A stretch of DNA of 54,297 nucleotides, filler included, from Basidiobolus ranarum (GCA_040143965.1; 3 parts of 3 records of this genome joined end to end with filler, not necessarily neighbours in it); one strand, 5' to 3'. Counted from the first letter of the whole stretch, positions 1 through 13,944 are shown. Program-made: numbers and translations. The notes: generated from the letters alone by a model not told the origin.

Positions 1-13
1 GTCATAAAAATAG

Positions 14-701
14 ATGCACCAAGATTTTAGTAATCATATGTATGAGATTTTCACTCATTTTCGAGGGAAGTCTGCCACCTCCATTACAACAGAGCTTTGT
101 GACAGGGCCTTACATCCTCTATTGAACTACCTCGACAAAAATCTGGGAAATCTTTACGAAAATCTCTACGACAAAAGCTGGAATTCGGTGGTCAAGGAAT
201 TATGGGATGACCTCCTTGATATCTATGAAACTATGATCTTCCCTCCTTTGGGCACGAATCGAAATCCTTTGAGCGAAACGGAGTTGCAGGTGGAGTTAAA
301 GTGCTTGGAGGTAACATTGGATCTTTTGATTATCAACTAATACCACTCTACTGACGTGATTCATTTTGTCGCTTGCGCAGCTTACTAAGGTATTCTTTAA
401 TGGTGGAAGTACAGAAAGTGGAGTGAGCATCAAAGAGTTGGAAAATGAAAGGTATCAGCAACTTATACTGACAGAAAAGCTGTTCCACATGTCTACAGAG
501 GAGCTGATTGATAGCTTCCGTGCACATACAAATCAACTCTATACGGATAGAATGAACCATGACCATAAGGGACCGGAGAAAGCAATATTTATCACGATTT
601 ATCACATTTTGCGTGTCCTTCAAATGATACATAAGGAATTCAATGAGAAATTCGTCATGAAACAGATGGAAATGATTGCTTTCCCCAGTACTCAAAGTTA
701 A
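14..701 (+). CDS. Munc13-homology (MHD2/MUN) domain protein, 3' end only (exons 14-310, 381-701)
   Basis: The spliced translation 'ALHPLLNYLDKNLGNLYENL...VVKELWDDLL...IFPP...LTKVFFNGG..GVSIKELE...LFHMSTEELI' follows the Munc13 MHD2 pattern. Intron 311-380 runs GTAAC...CTGAC...GCAG. TAG at 11-13 is a likely acceptor, so the gene starts upstream of the window. Confidence 0.8.
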
Positions 702-935
702 CCTAGTGAACAGACATGCACTAAGTAGCATCTTACATTCGCGTATACTCTCTCTTGACGGGCTTCCCATACACTACGATACCCCCTCTTTACTTCAACA
801 TCTTTAGCAGTTTACCTGATTAAAAGCCCAAATAATTTAGCTTCTAATTCTGTATCAATATATATATACATTGATACGATGTTGTTTGAAAATTGCCTAG
901 AGCTATTCTTCACCTCTGGAATAAAATTAGGTTTA

Positions 936-2732
936 TTAACGTAGTTTTTTCAAAGAAGTAAGAATAGATTTTTTGAGGAAGGTGGTGGAGTTTTCGGTCA
1001 CTCTAGTAACAAAGTCGACATCGCCCTTGATTTCTGAAGGAAAATTCTTTACAATTAAAAGGATTAGCGTAGCGTACTTGGATGAACTCTTGAAATCTGA
1101 GAAATTCTCCTCTAGTATATGCAACAGATCTATCAACAAATGCCGCTTGAACGGTGCTTTGGAAGTCAGAATAGTGTGAATTACACTTATGGTGTAATCA
1201 TTCCAGTGAATGATTTCACTTTGTGCTTCACTACTACTTATTCCTGTGGATCGCTTCGACAGAATTCTAAAAATAAAACAATGATGAGCTTGTGAATGTT
1301 AACAATTTCGAATTAGTTAATCAACATACTGTAGAAAGTACACCAAGGATGGCTTATCAAGCGACTCTTTAATGGTACGATTTATGATATCCGCTTGAAA
1401 TTTTCCTTGGAGGAATATATCTCTCAGTAACGAGTAAAGTAGTGTACGAAGCTCAAGGTGTCCCCTAGCTGTGGCAAGTAAGAAATCATGAAATACCTGG
1501 TGAGGATTTGGTCAAAAGTGGTGAAAGTAAACCTTCGATAGCTGCTTTAGGGTTCGCTTTTGTAGTTGAAAATATGGTGCTCAATAGAATTCTTGATGGT
1601 GCGGTATCTAGTTGAACCACCTATAAAATCGAACACTTTTAAAACCCGTGTAATTCCTTTCGTTAAAAATATCTATAGTGACCTTTTCCAACAACGACGC
1701 ACGATAAAATATCACCAAATTTTGGAAAGATATGGTGTCACAATCAAGTATGGTACTCATTATTTCGGCGAGCGTTTCATCAGAGAGTGATCCGAACGAT
1801 ACCTTCTGGCATAAATTGTAAACCTACGTAAAATATCAGTCGATATGAGTACTCATTACTTTCGAAAAGTGGAAAAATCCAAAGGATAACAGATATTACT
1901 GAGTTTTGTGGAAGTCGTATTAGCTCATTAAAGGTGTCCAAGAAGGAATCTGTTTTCATATGTCCCTCCAGCAAAGGCTGAAACTGAGTTACTAAAGTAG
2001 TCTCGAATGCTGAATGATTTTCTTCAACACGCATAATATCCGAGGCTGAACTTTCATTGCTTGGTGAAGCAGTAGCTACTTGAGAAGAAAAGGTCAATAA
2101 ATAGATCCAGCCATGTATTCTTGATTCTTACGGTATACCAGGCATAATTTCATCGACCCCGATGCGGCGTTTCTTTAAAGTTCGAATGAGATCAATAGAT
2201 ACGTTCTCTATAGTTAAGGCATGTGTACACAAGGTATATAAAAATTGGAAATCTACAACGTAGTGTATGTGCACCAAAGGATATATATTCGGCTGGTCCT
2301 TCGTTCAGTTGTTTAATGTAGCTTCTTCCTACATTGAATAGTTTCAACACTTAGTAGTTCACTTAGGAGCATAATAGGCTATTACAACCACTAACTATTC
2401 TTTGCTCCAGAAAGAAAACTCTCAATGGTCGAGGTACAATGAAACTCATCTCCAAAAGTAGTTGATAAACGAGTTTTCAGCTTCGATATAACGTTATCCC
2501 CATCGGACCACATAAAAGCTATAAAGGTAATTTAGTGCAGCACATCTTGGTTTTTCACCTTTCGTGCATGTTGTTTATTTTTTAGATACTAATCTTTATT
2601 TGGTCAGGATAGATACTCATTACAGATCTTGATATTGGTTGAACTTGCTGGCCAGCATAAATATTAATCCAATAATTCAATAAGTTGCATAAATTTAATT
2701 AAATACATACAGCCAGGTAAACTTACATCCAT
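936..2732 (-). CDS. FANCE: Fanconi anemia group E (FANCE) C-terminal-domain protein, multi-exon; 5' end approximate
   Basis: Spliced exons read 'LLEK|VVQLDTAPSRILLSTIFSTTKANPKAAIEGLLSPLL', 'QADIINRTIKESL', 'IHWNDYTISVIHTIL' and 'SSKYATLILLIVKNF...STTFLKKSILTSLKKLR*'. These parallel human FANCE 'ASRLL..AL', 'QTELL', 'LPWKEETFLVLQSLL', 'SMAYAKLML', 'NTTFLRKSLKAALKHL' (recalled). Candidate ATG-GAT|GTAAGT at 2732. Confidence 0.75.
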
Positions 2733-3031
2733 CTTGGCAATTGATTCTGGGTGCGATTAGAAAGCCTCGATAGACAATTGGTGGAATCAATCAATCATCA
2801 TTAGGATTGCAAGGATCTTGATAGATTGCTTATTCTAGATCATCTAATGATAAAAGAGAAGTGAAGCTCTTCTAGTAAATATTCATGATAATCGAAATTG
2901 TTTTGATAATCGTCGTATATGGGTGGCGTATGAATACAAACTAAACCCACCACATGTAGCACAACTCTTTACGGCGTACTATATTTTTCAATAGTATATA
3001 CGTACAACGAACCTACCTCTCCAGTTTAAGC

Positions 3032-4056
3032 ATGCAGAGCATTAAGGTGCTCAAAAACACCGTCCGGAAGGACATACGTACAAAAATGAAAACCTTTCCC
3101 AAAACTTCAATACTTGAGCAAAGTAAATATAGCCTTGAGTTTGTTCATTTTGAACGTTCCTAAGAATTAATCTTTCTTACTACGGATGGGTGGGGGTACT
3201 TTATTTTCAACTTTTAGCGAATATCATACGAACGAAAGTATTGGAGTTAGAAGAACTTCGTAAGAGTTCAAGAATCGGAATCTACCTTAGTTTACCAACA
3301 GAAGTGTCCACTACCGAACTTTTGAGAGAACTTTTTGAACAAAGTAAGTGTAGATAAATGTCAAGGAGTTTTTGGGGTAATACTTTGCCACCTCTTGTAT
3401 ACATAACTTGGATTATGGAATTTCAGATAAAAATTGTTACGTACCTCGATGGGGAAATAATCACATGGATATGGTTAAGTTAGTCTCTTGGTCTGATTAC
3501 AAAGGTTTGCCAGTCAACTCATGGGGAATCCCGGAACCGATCCACGAAGAAAAACGAATTAATGGTAAAGAGTTCATCCCTTTGGCAAATCAATTAAGTA
3601 TCTTAGGATAACCTCCTTTTACATATGTATGTAGCGTTTGAAGAAGGCGGATTGGACTTGCTGATATTACCAGGTAAATTTCGACTCTAGAAATTCAGTT
3701 GACCCACCGTTCATGGTGATATTCCCTTTTCTAGGCCTTGCATTCGATAGATTTGGTAATAGATTAGGCCGTGGTAAAGGGTAAGTCTATATTTAAAAAT
3801 CAAAGAATGGTTGAGAGTTTAATCATTGCTCAATGTTTATTCATCGTATAGCTACTATGACCGTTATTTGAATAATTATGAAACTTTGGGGAGATCTTTT
3901 GACGAAGATACCATATTCAAGAAGCCTTTCCTGGTAGGGCTAGCACTGAACGAGCAAATATCAGAAGAACCTTTACCTACGGATATGTTTGATAATCAGG
4001 TCGATTTAGTAATCACCTCGAAGAAGATTCTAGCTAGACAACCTAAAGCTTTATGA
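3032..4056 (+). CDS. FAU1: 5-formyltetrahydrofolate cyclo-ligase (methenyl-THF synthetase), multi-exon
   Basis: N-terminus 'MQSIKVLKNTVRKDIRTKMK', then 'CYVPRW', 'NSWGIPEP', '[31 protein letters not shown]', 'LVGLALNEQI...D..VDLVIT', which are the MTHFS signature motifs. Canonical GT-AG introns. Confidence 0.93.
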
Positions 4057-4425
4057 GCCCCAAGAACCACCTGTGCCTCTACAAACTAAAACATCTTGTA
4101 TTGAATAAACTTAGGTGGTTGCATAAATCAATTGCACACGATTGTATATTAGTAACTTTATCAAGAATTTGCTATGTACAAATAGAATACGTTGAAAGAG
4201 AAGGGTGATGAGAGGATGCCGACCAGTGTTGTTCCTAAAGATGCTAGTGAAAATATTGAGAGCAGATGCATGTATGGGTGTACTGATTAAAGAAACATTG
4301 GGATGGAAGCAATGTAGTACTTCATAGATGGATTAATCGGATAAACAATTAGGACTTGAGGCCATGATAATAGGTTGATCGGCGGGTTCTTGATTTGGTT
4401 GGACTCGTTCTCGACTACTTCTAAT

Positions 4426-7400
4426 CTATATAGAGTGGATACGTTTGGATTGTTCATTGGAAACATGTAGCTGCCGCGACTGTTGCTCATTTTCGCATTG
4501 AATCTGATTCAACAATTCTGTAGCTCTTGCTGAGAGTGGATCGGTGTCTGCAGGAGAATGTGTGATAGTACTCGAATCCATATCATCGCAGAGAACCGTG
4601 GTCAGTCTGGGTACTACTGACCGCTTCTTCTCCCGACGTTTGCTTAATTTCTTGTGATCACGCAAGGATTCCAGTAGATTATCCATGACTCCTTTGTTAT
4701 CACTGTCATCATCAGTTGTGGTAGAAATATCAACATCGTACACCGTACGCCTAGCGACTTTCCTTTGATTCTCCTTCTTCAACTCTATCTCTTGTTGTCT
4801 TTCACGTCGTTTTTCCAAAATGACCTTCTTCTCTTTTTCAATTTGATTGTCTTTAATGGCGTTGTTGAATGAGCTCAAAAAGTTCTCGAATATATTGAAG
4901 AAGTGCTCGGACGTGATGGTGTCAGCATTCTCTCCGTAGAATGTAGCAGTGTCTTTGAATATCATTTTTGCGTTGTTCAGTTTTTCTTCAAGAGAGTCAA
5001 GACTGACTCTGGCCTCTGAAAAGAATTTCTCCATCTCCATTACAAAGGGGTCAGATTCATCGGAAGAAGTCGTTGTTTCCTCCTCCGAGGTCGATATGCC
5101 CAGGTTTTGAGTCAATTCACCGAGATCTTTTTTCAATGAATATATCATATCACTGATCTCATTGAAGGAGGCTAAATTTGCAGTATGAGTTTTAGTGGTG
5201 GAACTAAATAGTGACAGGTGTAAGTGTTGATATTTACCTTTGCTTGCAGCCTCAACTAACCCTATAACTTCCTTGATCTGTAGCAACTCTGGGAACTTTC
5301 TTTCGACTAGTCTCGTTAAGAAATGCAGTAATGTGGTGGAGTCGCTGTTTGCACGAATATCACCCAGCTGATATATAAGGGCAATAAAGTTAATAAGCAT
5401 TCAAGCAAAATAATGTGGTTGGCTTCATCTTACCCTATTGAGACTTTGGATTTTGAATCCTTTGGCGTTGCCTCGGAAATCTTTGGCATTCATGAAGTTA
5501 CCAATAACGAGGATCAACTGGGATATTGGGTAGATAGATGAACAGCACTAAGTACATGATTTGTATATGACGAAAGAATTGCTTAGGTACTCACCTGGAA
5601 AAGCTTTGCTAGGTGCTGATTGGATTTCAAGGTATCACAGCCTTGAGTGATGTTGTCCAGACTCTGTCATATCATGAATACAGTTAGAAAGAGCAAACAA
5701 ACCATGTAAATACATCAGACTGACCTTTTCCATCTCAAAGGCTTTTTCGTTAAATGTCAACTTCATGTAGACTGCCTTGAGTTTTTCCTCGAAGCGGTCG
5801 ATTTTAAGGGTCTATATTGTGAAAAAGATCAGTTACGTGTGGTTGATAGTTCCTTAACTTCTCGCTTGTTTGAACCTGAATTAACTCACCTCAATAAGAA
5901 TCGTCTCAGCTCTGCCCAATTCTTTACCCTCGCTCGTTTCAACATACGTTTCAAGGAGCTTAGTCTAGATGATTTTCAAATTGTGAGCATGCTATCGGAC
6001 GGAAATCCCCTGACTTGAATAAATACCTCTTGCTCAGTGGGAAGACACTTCATGAAGTTCTCTAAGAGATCCTCTGATATAATCGTTGAATCCATACTCA
6101 GAAAAGCATCACATATTTCTTTAGGGGTCATATGCTTTAAACTGCTCAACATAATATCTAAAGCCAAATACATTGACCATTTAGTTACCTTCCATTATAG
6201 ATGAAATTCATTGAAATTACTAACCAATCTGATATGAGCGTTTACTATTTAGTATATGAATCTGCTTTGGAATTTGCTTTTTTGGATCAAACGTTGGCAC
6301 CAAGTATTTGCTTTTAACTGCGAATCTATCCTCCAATTCCTCAAAGATTCCGTCTTTGTCTAGTTGTTCACTAAGCGCTTCAACGTTTAATTGCTTTTGG
6401 TTCTCTTTCCACAAGGTACTTTCTACGGCATATTCCGGTAGTTTCTCCCAGTTGAACTTTTTAACTGGCTTCTGAGGTGTACGATTGGTGTTCTTTTCCA
6501 ATGCTAAAAGTACAAACAGGAGGTTAGTGACCATTGCAGTGACTCTGTGGATTCTAAACCATGTTACCTAATGGGGCTGGTGGGGGTGGCGGCGGTATTC
6601 CATCCTTCTTGAGGTTCTCTAATTGATCTTGGAAAGAGTATGATGTATTGACTTGACTATCGTACATACTGAACGAGTCAATCGTAGGTGTTCTTGGATA
6701 TTGATCAGAAAGTACGGAAGAGCTAGATCTAGCGATGGAACTTGTGCGAAATCTGGATAAACGGGAACTAAATAGATCCTCATCCTCCGAATCAGAGGAT
6801 AATTCCCCCACGGCGAAGACGGTGGATAATTTTTCATGTACTTGTACTATATCCGTAGAAATAATCTGCTCCACTACGGTATCGAGCATCCGATAGTAGT
6901 TGTTCCTAATAACAAGATATGTTAATATATTTCATGGCTCTAGGGATCTGCATGCTTTCGTTTACGAGGTAGGGTTCGTAAATTTCTGGCATCAACATTG
7001 TTGAATTGGTAGTGTACCTTGATTTCTGATCTCTCTGTGCATGTAGTAGATGATTCAGGATCGATAGGAATGGTTTGTGTCCTTTAGTTCTTTCAACTGG
7101 TCTGAAGGTGGCCACAAACAGATCACGTGGGTTGATACCGCACCAATTAAAGGAGTCTGAGCACATATCTGCGTAATCATTCTCTTCTCCGGATTCGAAC
7201 CTTTTCAGTTGGTAATCCACGGTAGAACTTCCGAATTTTTTGGCCTTGTGAATGACGGAGCGGACTCCGGAGGCGATCATGTGCAAACGTGTGGTCACTC
7301 GGATATCAATATCCTCACAAGTGTCGATCAAACTATTCATGAAAATGAAGTTCGATACCTTTGGGATGCAAGAGTATCAGTATGAGGTAAGCTTGAGCAG

Positions 7401-8684
7401 TAAATACGCAGATTGAGGCTTGAACTTACTAGGTATTCATAAAAATGATGGTCTGAGGAGATCTTGTCGTACTTGTTGCAGTCTACCTCCGAGTCGTTGT
7501 TGCCCCTCCAGATGTCGAGGGTGAAGTGCCTAAGCCAAACTTCATAAATATATTCGTACTGTCTCATCTCCTGGATATTCTTCATGGCCTGGATCACATG
7601 TTGTCTACCAGTAGGTATATTCAGGTAGCATATAAATGTAAGAATGTCAGTGGCAATCTTTCGCACTCCTAATGAAGGTGATTCCAGAGCAAATGTAATA
7701 TCGGTGATACATTTCGGGTCGATCAGCACGCTTTTGGCACCCACCTATTTTGGCCAAGGAGAGATATGGTTAGTTTATCCATCAAACACGATAAAAATAA
7801 ATATTGCCAAATCGACAAATCTATATAAAGAATATTCGGATTGGGTAATATCGATAGACTAACCTTCGTATTTAGAATGGATTTAATGCACTTCATGATT
7901 TCATATTCTATAGATAAATCAATCATACTCCTAAATATAGAAATCCCAGGGGACCAGTTAGAGATAGTTCGAGATAGGCGCAGATGGTAAAAATATCTAG
8001 GTTACAATAGGCGCAAGAACTTAACATAGATCTGATGAAGGCGCTCACCTGTTCAATTTGTTACACGAGTTAAAAATCGCTTCAGTAAGATATCGTAGCC
8101 CTTTGAGTTCCACAAACTGGCGCACCCAACTACACAGATCACTACATGTTAGCTGGGAACTATTGGAACCATAGTGAACAATTCTTCACAACGCAAACGC
8201 ATATGCTGCGATGGTCATATCAACAAACCTTATAGATTGTGTCGAGAGTGAAACGTTCAATGACTTGTAATCATTTGCGGTTAATATTTTATCGCTAGCC
8301 TCACTCAGTTTTCGTACATAGTATTCGGGGAATTTCTTGCTGAATTTGTGATATCTTTTGACTAAAAACTGTAGAGAAGAAACACTGGCAAGTTAGTATA
8401 CGGCCAATCGGGGTCTCAATATAAATAAATAGCCTTTATATTGTACGCACAGTAGAACTGGAAGTCTCTCTTTTTTTCTGGTTTTTTATCATGATGCGTT
8501 TCTGTTCGTCTGGTAAGGCTCTTAAAGGCCCTCTTTTGCTTTCGTCTATGCCCATATTGTCCTATAATCATGATTAGCGTTTGTATTGAGAAATGGGGTC
8601 AATGCCTAGGCTCGAGGTTGCTTCAATACCGACCATTAGGCTTTCGAACATGAAAGCTATCTTTTCTTGGTTATTGCTCACCAT
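4426..8684 (-). CDS. Diaphanous-related formin (GBD/FH3 - minimal FH1 - FH2 - DAD), many exons
   Basis: GBD start 'FESLMDNMGIDESKRGPLRALPDEQK', 'EYEIMKCIKSILNTK'; FH1 'GIPPPPPPAP'; FH2 'KKFNWEKL', 'IGNFMN...GNAKGFKI', 'TTLLHFL', 'TATFYGE', 'FFNIFENF'; DAD 'GVMDNLLESLR' followed by basic 'KRREKKR'. Confidence 0.93.
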
Positions 8685-11600
8685 AGTGGCGATGTGCTGA
8701 GTTTGTTGGATATCACGATGAGGTAAGGGTGGTAGGGTGTAGGGAATGCAGCAAGGGTTGCGGGGGAATCAGTAAGAGATTGAAGAGCAGAGTTGATGGT
8801 GCAATGATGGTGAAATGATGGTATATAATTATCGAGAGAAAGGAAGACTATTAATTAGACTCGTTCCCTTGGTCAACTTATATAGATCCGATTCCCATGG
8901 AGAGTATATTCGAAAAAAAGATGCATCAGAAGTTTAAGCGTTTCTTTTCAAGGTAAAACCAATGATATTCGATGGAAGGAACGAAGCAATGATCAGCTAT
9001 CAAGTGCCCAATAAATGTATGAATCTCTACAATATACATATATGGAAGGTGGATTGACCAATGAATCTCATGAAACAGGCGTCTGTGACTTTGAATGATG
9101 GACTGAATCTGTCACTAAGATCAAAATGTCACCCCGAAATGATATCAGCAGAAGCAATCCTCACATTTGATTGCTAAACATGATTGCGATCATTCGTATC
9201 GGCCATCCCTAGCATCCATCACCCGCGACTATGCATAATGAGATCTAGAGCGGAGGGTAAGAATGACGAAGCGTAGCTTGGAAGTATTTGCAGATCGCAT
9301 TTGAGTATGCAGGACATGGGTGCAAGTCGAAGACGTTCAGTGAAGCTGAAGCTACGATCTCTCGGTGGAGAGCTGTCTAGATTTGGAACCAACGTGCGCT
9401 AATCACCAGCGGTTAAATCGTGATACATGTGGGGACTTCTTTGCGCTAGCAAATCCAATCTCACTTGGAGGATCGCATAATCTCGCCCAATTTCATCCGC
9501 AAGTAAGGATCATGCCTGAGTATGCACTGGGCGATCTGGATCCCGGTTGATGGATTCCGTGTTTACTGTAACTCGTCTGCTGATGGGGTCGACATCTCTA
9601 ACCCAGCGAGATTTTGAAGCCTTTTCAAAGCTAGAGATTGAAGTTTCTGATCTGGCGAAGTTCATGTACATCACGGTTCTGTTTACTACATACAAATCCA
9701 GTCCAAGCTAACCGTTTGTGATCCAAATCCTGATTTAACTGACGCCTCCTCAAATCCTTCCCTCTTTCCTGGGGCCGTAAGGGAATAGGGGAGCTGGAAT
9801 TATGGGAGCTTTCTACTGCGCAATGTGATCTGGCTCTACAGAGCATCGTGTGGCTTGGTGAGCACATATAATCGATGTCTGTTTGTAATCCATCAGTAGC
9901 CTACAAAATGCGTCGTGCCAACATAGAAGAATGCTCACGAGTCCCATTCTTTGTTTACTTCTCCCTGAAACCAAACCAAGAGCTATCATTTGTGTGAAAA
10001 TAAGTTCTCTTGAATGTTTCTTCGTGCTACTTCCCACCTCGTTTTCCATTGATTTTGCTTGAAACCAGTTATCACTCTGTGTATCGGCTACCCTGAAGCT
10101 AATTTCATTCATTTCATCTGATCCACGTTGGGTGAATTATTCACACATCCTTGAATGGAGCTTAGTCAATAATCCCCCCTCGATTAATCCTGAGATTTGC
10201 CATTGTTTCTAACTAGTTTCAAATATTTACGCATTGGATTCGGCCAACTTCCCATTTAACCTATTCTGTCCACCCAGTTATACGTATCATGACTCCCGCG
10301 AATACCATTGTGTCATTGTCTAGAAACAATGAGTGCTCTCTGTGAACACTTCATCACACGAAGCAAGGTGTTTCAACTAGCGATAGAATGTAATTCTTCG
10401 TACAAGAGCTCTCCCCTAGAGCCTTTAATCAGGAGAATCATATCAGTGTTGAAATGAGGCCGAAGCTTGTAGAATCCAGCTCTGAGCACATGCTTTCCCT
10501 AGTTTATTCATTTGGACAATTTGCTTAGCTACTTAGCGCTGGATTTCATGAGCCAAATATGGAAACAAAACACTTGATAGCTGGCAAGACGTATAATAGC
10601 CCAGAAAGTGGAGCAGATTAAATTTGATTATCATGGAAACTATTCAGATTTGTATCTATTACTCTGAACTCTGGGTCGGAGCTAGTTTGTGATACTAGTC
10701 AATCCTGGTCATTTATACTCGAGATTTGAAGGATTTACGTATCGTTTCTGTATCTAGTTTAAACGCTGAATTCATTTGAGTAAGTTTCTCTAGACACTGG
10801 TTTGTGCTGCGTTTGCATAATGGTGGGCGGGGTATGTAAAGCATATCTGTATGTTGTAGGATGCGATACAAGTCCTAGTGATGAAGCGTGCATGAGGATT
10901 GATCATTCTAACATCCAGAACTGGGGGATGTTTTGTGTATGTAGTAGAGTTTACTTACTACAAGGTAGTGTTGTCGCAAGTGATCATGATACATCCTCCC
11001 AGAGTCAGTAAGGATATATCGGTTAGATATCAGCTCAAATATATGTGAAACGATGTCCAAATCCATTGATATTGTTACTATGTTAGTGGTGCAATTCTGA
11101 TTTGCGATTATAATACATATTTGGGAAGAGCATGATGTCTAGATTCTTTGAAAGAAATGTATGCCTAGCGTTTTCTTATTATATGCAATACATTTCTACT
11201 TTTGTTGGAGCCTAAGAAACACAATGTCTTAGGCATATGGTTAAGGAGCGTAGATAAATAGGCCAAAGGGTAGAATCGGGTTGTATTGAGATTCATCCTG
11301 TCTCTAATTCCTACATAGATATATATCTCGTAAGCAATAGATACATGCGACTGCGTTGGTTCACTTGTTATGCTTAATTGATACCCAGTCCGTATACTTT
11401 AGACCCATCATTGATGTAAATTCACCATAGATATTATTTTCCAGGATTAAAAACGTTCGAAGAGCATGCAGAATATATTGTATCAATATTCTTTCTGCAA
11501 TTGACAGAGATGTTCCATTGAAGCCTCTTTGGAGGAATCCATTTTTGCACATAAGAAAACGTTGATAAAAACTCTTTAACTGCATGAGACAAAGAAACAG

Positions 11601-13123
11601 CTCAGTCCATTGACTTGGAACTATTTGGTCAAGTCAAGATAGAAATAAGTAACTTAAGATAGGGACGAACAGAGATCTAAATTATGGAAAAAGTTTCCAT
11701 GTGCTGACTTGGGTAGGTGAAGTAATCAGTGAAATGTGTTTCGATTGACTTGCATAGTAGAGTTTGAGTAGGTAAAAATGGTACATTGTACAGTAAGAGT
11801 CCTAAACATGGGAAGATATTTACATATCTAAAGGATTCATTAGGAGTTATTTGTACTTCTTAATAACAAGACGAACTAGGCATTGTCAGGAAATTGTTAG
11901 TCAAATAACTGACCCCCTCAGTATTAATAAGAATAAACATCAAAGGCTAAACATGCAGACACCAATGTTTGACAATATGGTGACAGCAAATTGGGCCAGC
12001 CTAGCAGTGTGTAGTACTATGTAGGGCTTAGGACTAATCATCAACTAGTCAAGCTGGTAATTGTAACAAAATATGCACAACAATTCATTGCTACTGGAGT
12101 AAATTAAATAGTTGTTTCAAGCAGTACACAATATTCGATTTCCGCTCCAACTCATATTCATAGACATGTTGAGAATATAGATACATTTTGAAATGGTTTC
12201 TTCAGTTGCAAAGGATCTCATATGAGCGTACACAGTTAACTATTAATCTTATCTATCTGGGTGAATTTAGGAGAAAACATTGCAAGTACAATGGGATGAT
12301 GCAGTGTGGTAGCTGTTATTCCATGACCTGCGAGTAAGTAATTGTAAAGAAATTCGGTGGGACCCTGTATGGCACTGGGTCCTCCTGTAAAGGTTGGCAA
12401 ATATCTTACTAATATGGCAGTACTGACTTTGAGAGTAGAAGCTTTGGCAGAGCTGGGTGACAAAATAGGGTCGGAGTAAACTCTAGCTAATCGCTAATTA
12501 TACATGAGATACGGAGAATCGGAAGGACGCAATAAAAAGATACTTTAATATTCACTTGAATACATAACTTGTTGAACGGATGTATAAGAACCATTCACTC
12601 ATCACTCTGAACAATAACCGCTACCAGGTAAGGATCTCCGCTTCATGGGAACTTTTGACCAAATCAAGTAATTCCATTACATCATCTAAATTGACTCTGG
12701 TACGTGTGCGAATGTACCAGATCCTGGATCCCTCCAAATAGTCGCATAAGGGCCACGAATCTGATTCAGAAAGTTCTCATTGCTTTGATGTTCAATTGGC
12801 TAGGCGGAGGGAACCGGGACGTTAACAGAGGTGGTTTGTGATTCATAACGAAGTGATGCCTCTAGGTCATTCTGCTATTAGTACTGAGGCTGATAGGAGA
12901 TATTTGTATAGGTGAACTAGGCTAATTACAAGTATTATGTTTTAGAAGAGCTGGGTATACATGTGCATTGAAGTGTAGAGGTTGCAGGGTTAACTAAGAC
13001 AATTAAGGGGCTTTGTTGCATGGGAGTCTAAACAAGATGAGCACAGGAATCGGGATAAATTCCAATGTTAGCACGGATATTAACCAGTTATGGTATTAGT
13101 ATAACGCTGCGAAACTCTTTGTT

Positions 13124-13944
13124 TCAATGAATTTTTAGAAGATGTGGCTCAGAACAGTGATGTTCAGAAAGGTCGCTGGATTCCGGTTGGCCACGCGCTT
13201 CTGATAGGAGCTCCCGATAAGGTGTAGCAATTTGATATGCGATACTGGCTTTAATGACTGCTGTAGCTCCAGTTAGAATGATTTCGCCAATCTTTTGATG
13301 AAGTTGGTACTGTTGATCTATCTCTAAAGATCTTTCAACTCCCATCTTGCCCAACTTCCAAGCCTTTTCACGAATTCCATATTTCTGGTTGAATGCTCTT
13401 ATTTTACTCAATGCAAAATTAAATATGGATTTGATAGCGTCTGGGATGGGTGATTGTTTTATGGCGACAGCTAAGTTGATAGCAGTCTGAATGACTTTAT
13501 CAGAGATGGTGCTCGTTGGCTCAACCTTTTCCTCAAGATCTATATGGTTATGCGCTAAATACTCCTTGATTTTTTGTGCTATGTATTTCTTACGTTCTGT
13601 ATCATCTTGAACTGGAAGGGATAAGAGTCCGAGTTAGTATACCTGTTGAATGGTGTGGCAATGAAAGTAGCTGGAGATTTACTTGGCATAGCGCTCAATA
13701 AACTCTCTAGAGCTTTAAGATAAAGACATAGTGCTTCATCGCGTCTACCTAACTGCTCTTGCTCAACAGCACGAACTGAAAGTATGATGGCTTGGTCCAC
13801 TTGGGTCGAAGATATTGTGTTTTCAAAAGATTTCTCAATTAACTCTACTATACTACTTTGAGAAGCTGAATCTTTGACTTTGGGGAAGCGCAGAGGCCAA
13901 GTGATGTAATTTAGGAAGCTGGTGCACTTTTGTAGTAAAGACAT
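13124..13944 (-). CDS. MIT-domain protein (2 exons; intron 13612-13682)
   Basis: 'VDQAIILSVRAVEQEQLGRRDEALCLYLKALESLL...DTERKKYIAQKIKEYL' is a typical MIT three-helix pattern. Splicing GTAAAT...CTAAC...CCAG joins the two ORFs in frame. Confidence 0.8.

Noticed and set aside
9365-12463. Short ORFs in the long region upstream of the formin
   Set aside because: No recognisable motifs or consistent splice structure; compatible with random ORFs.
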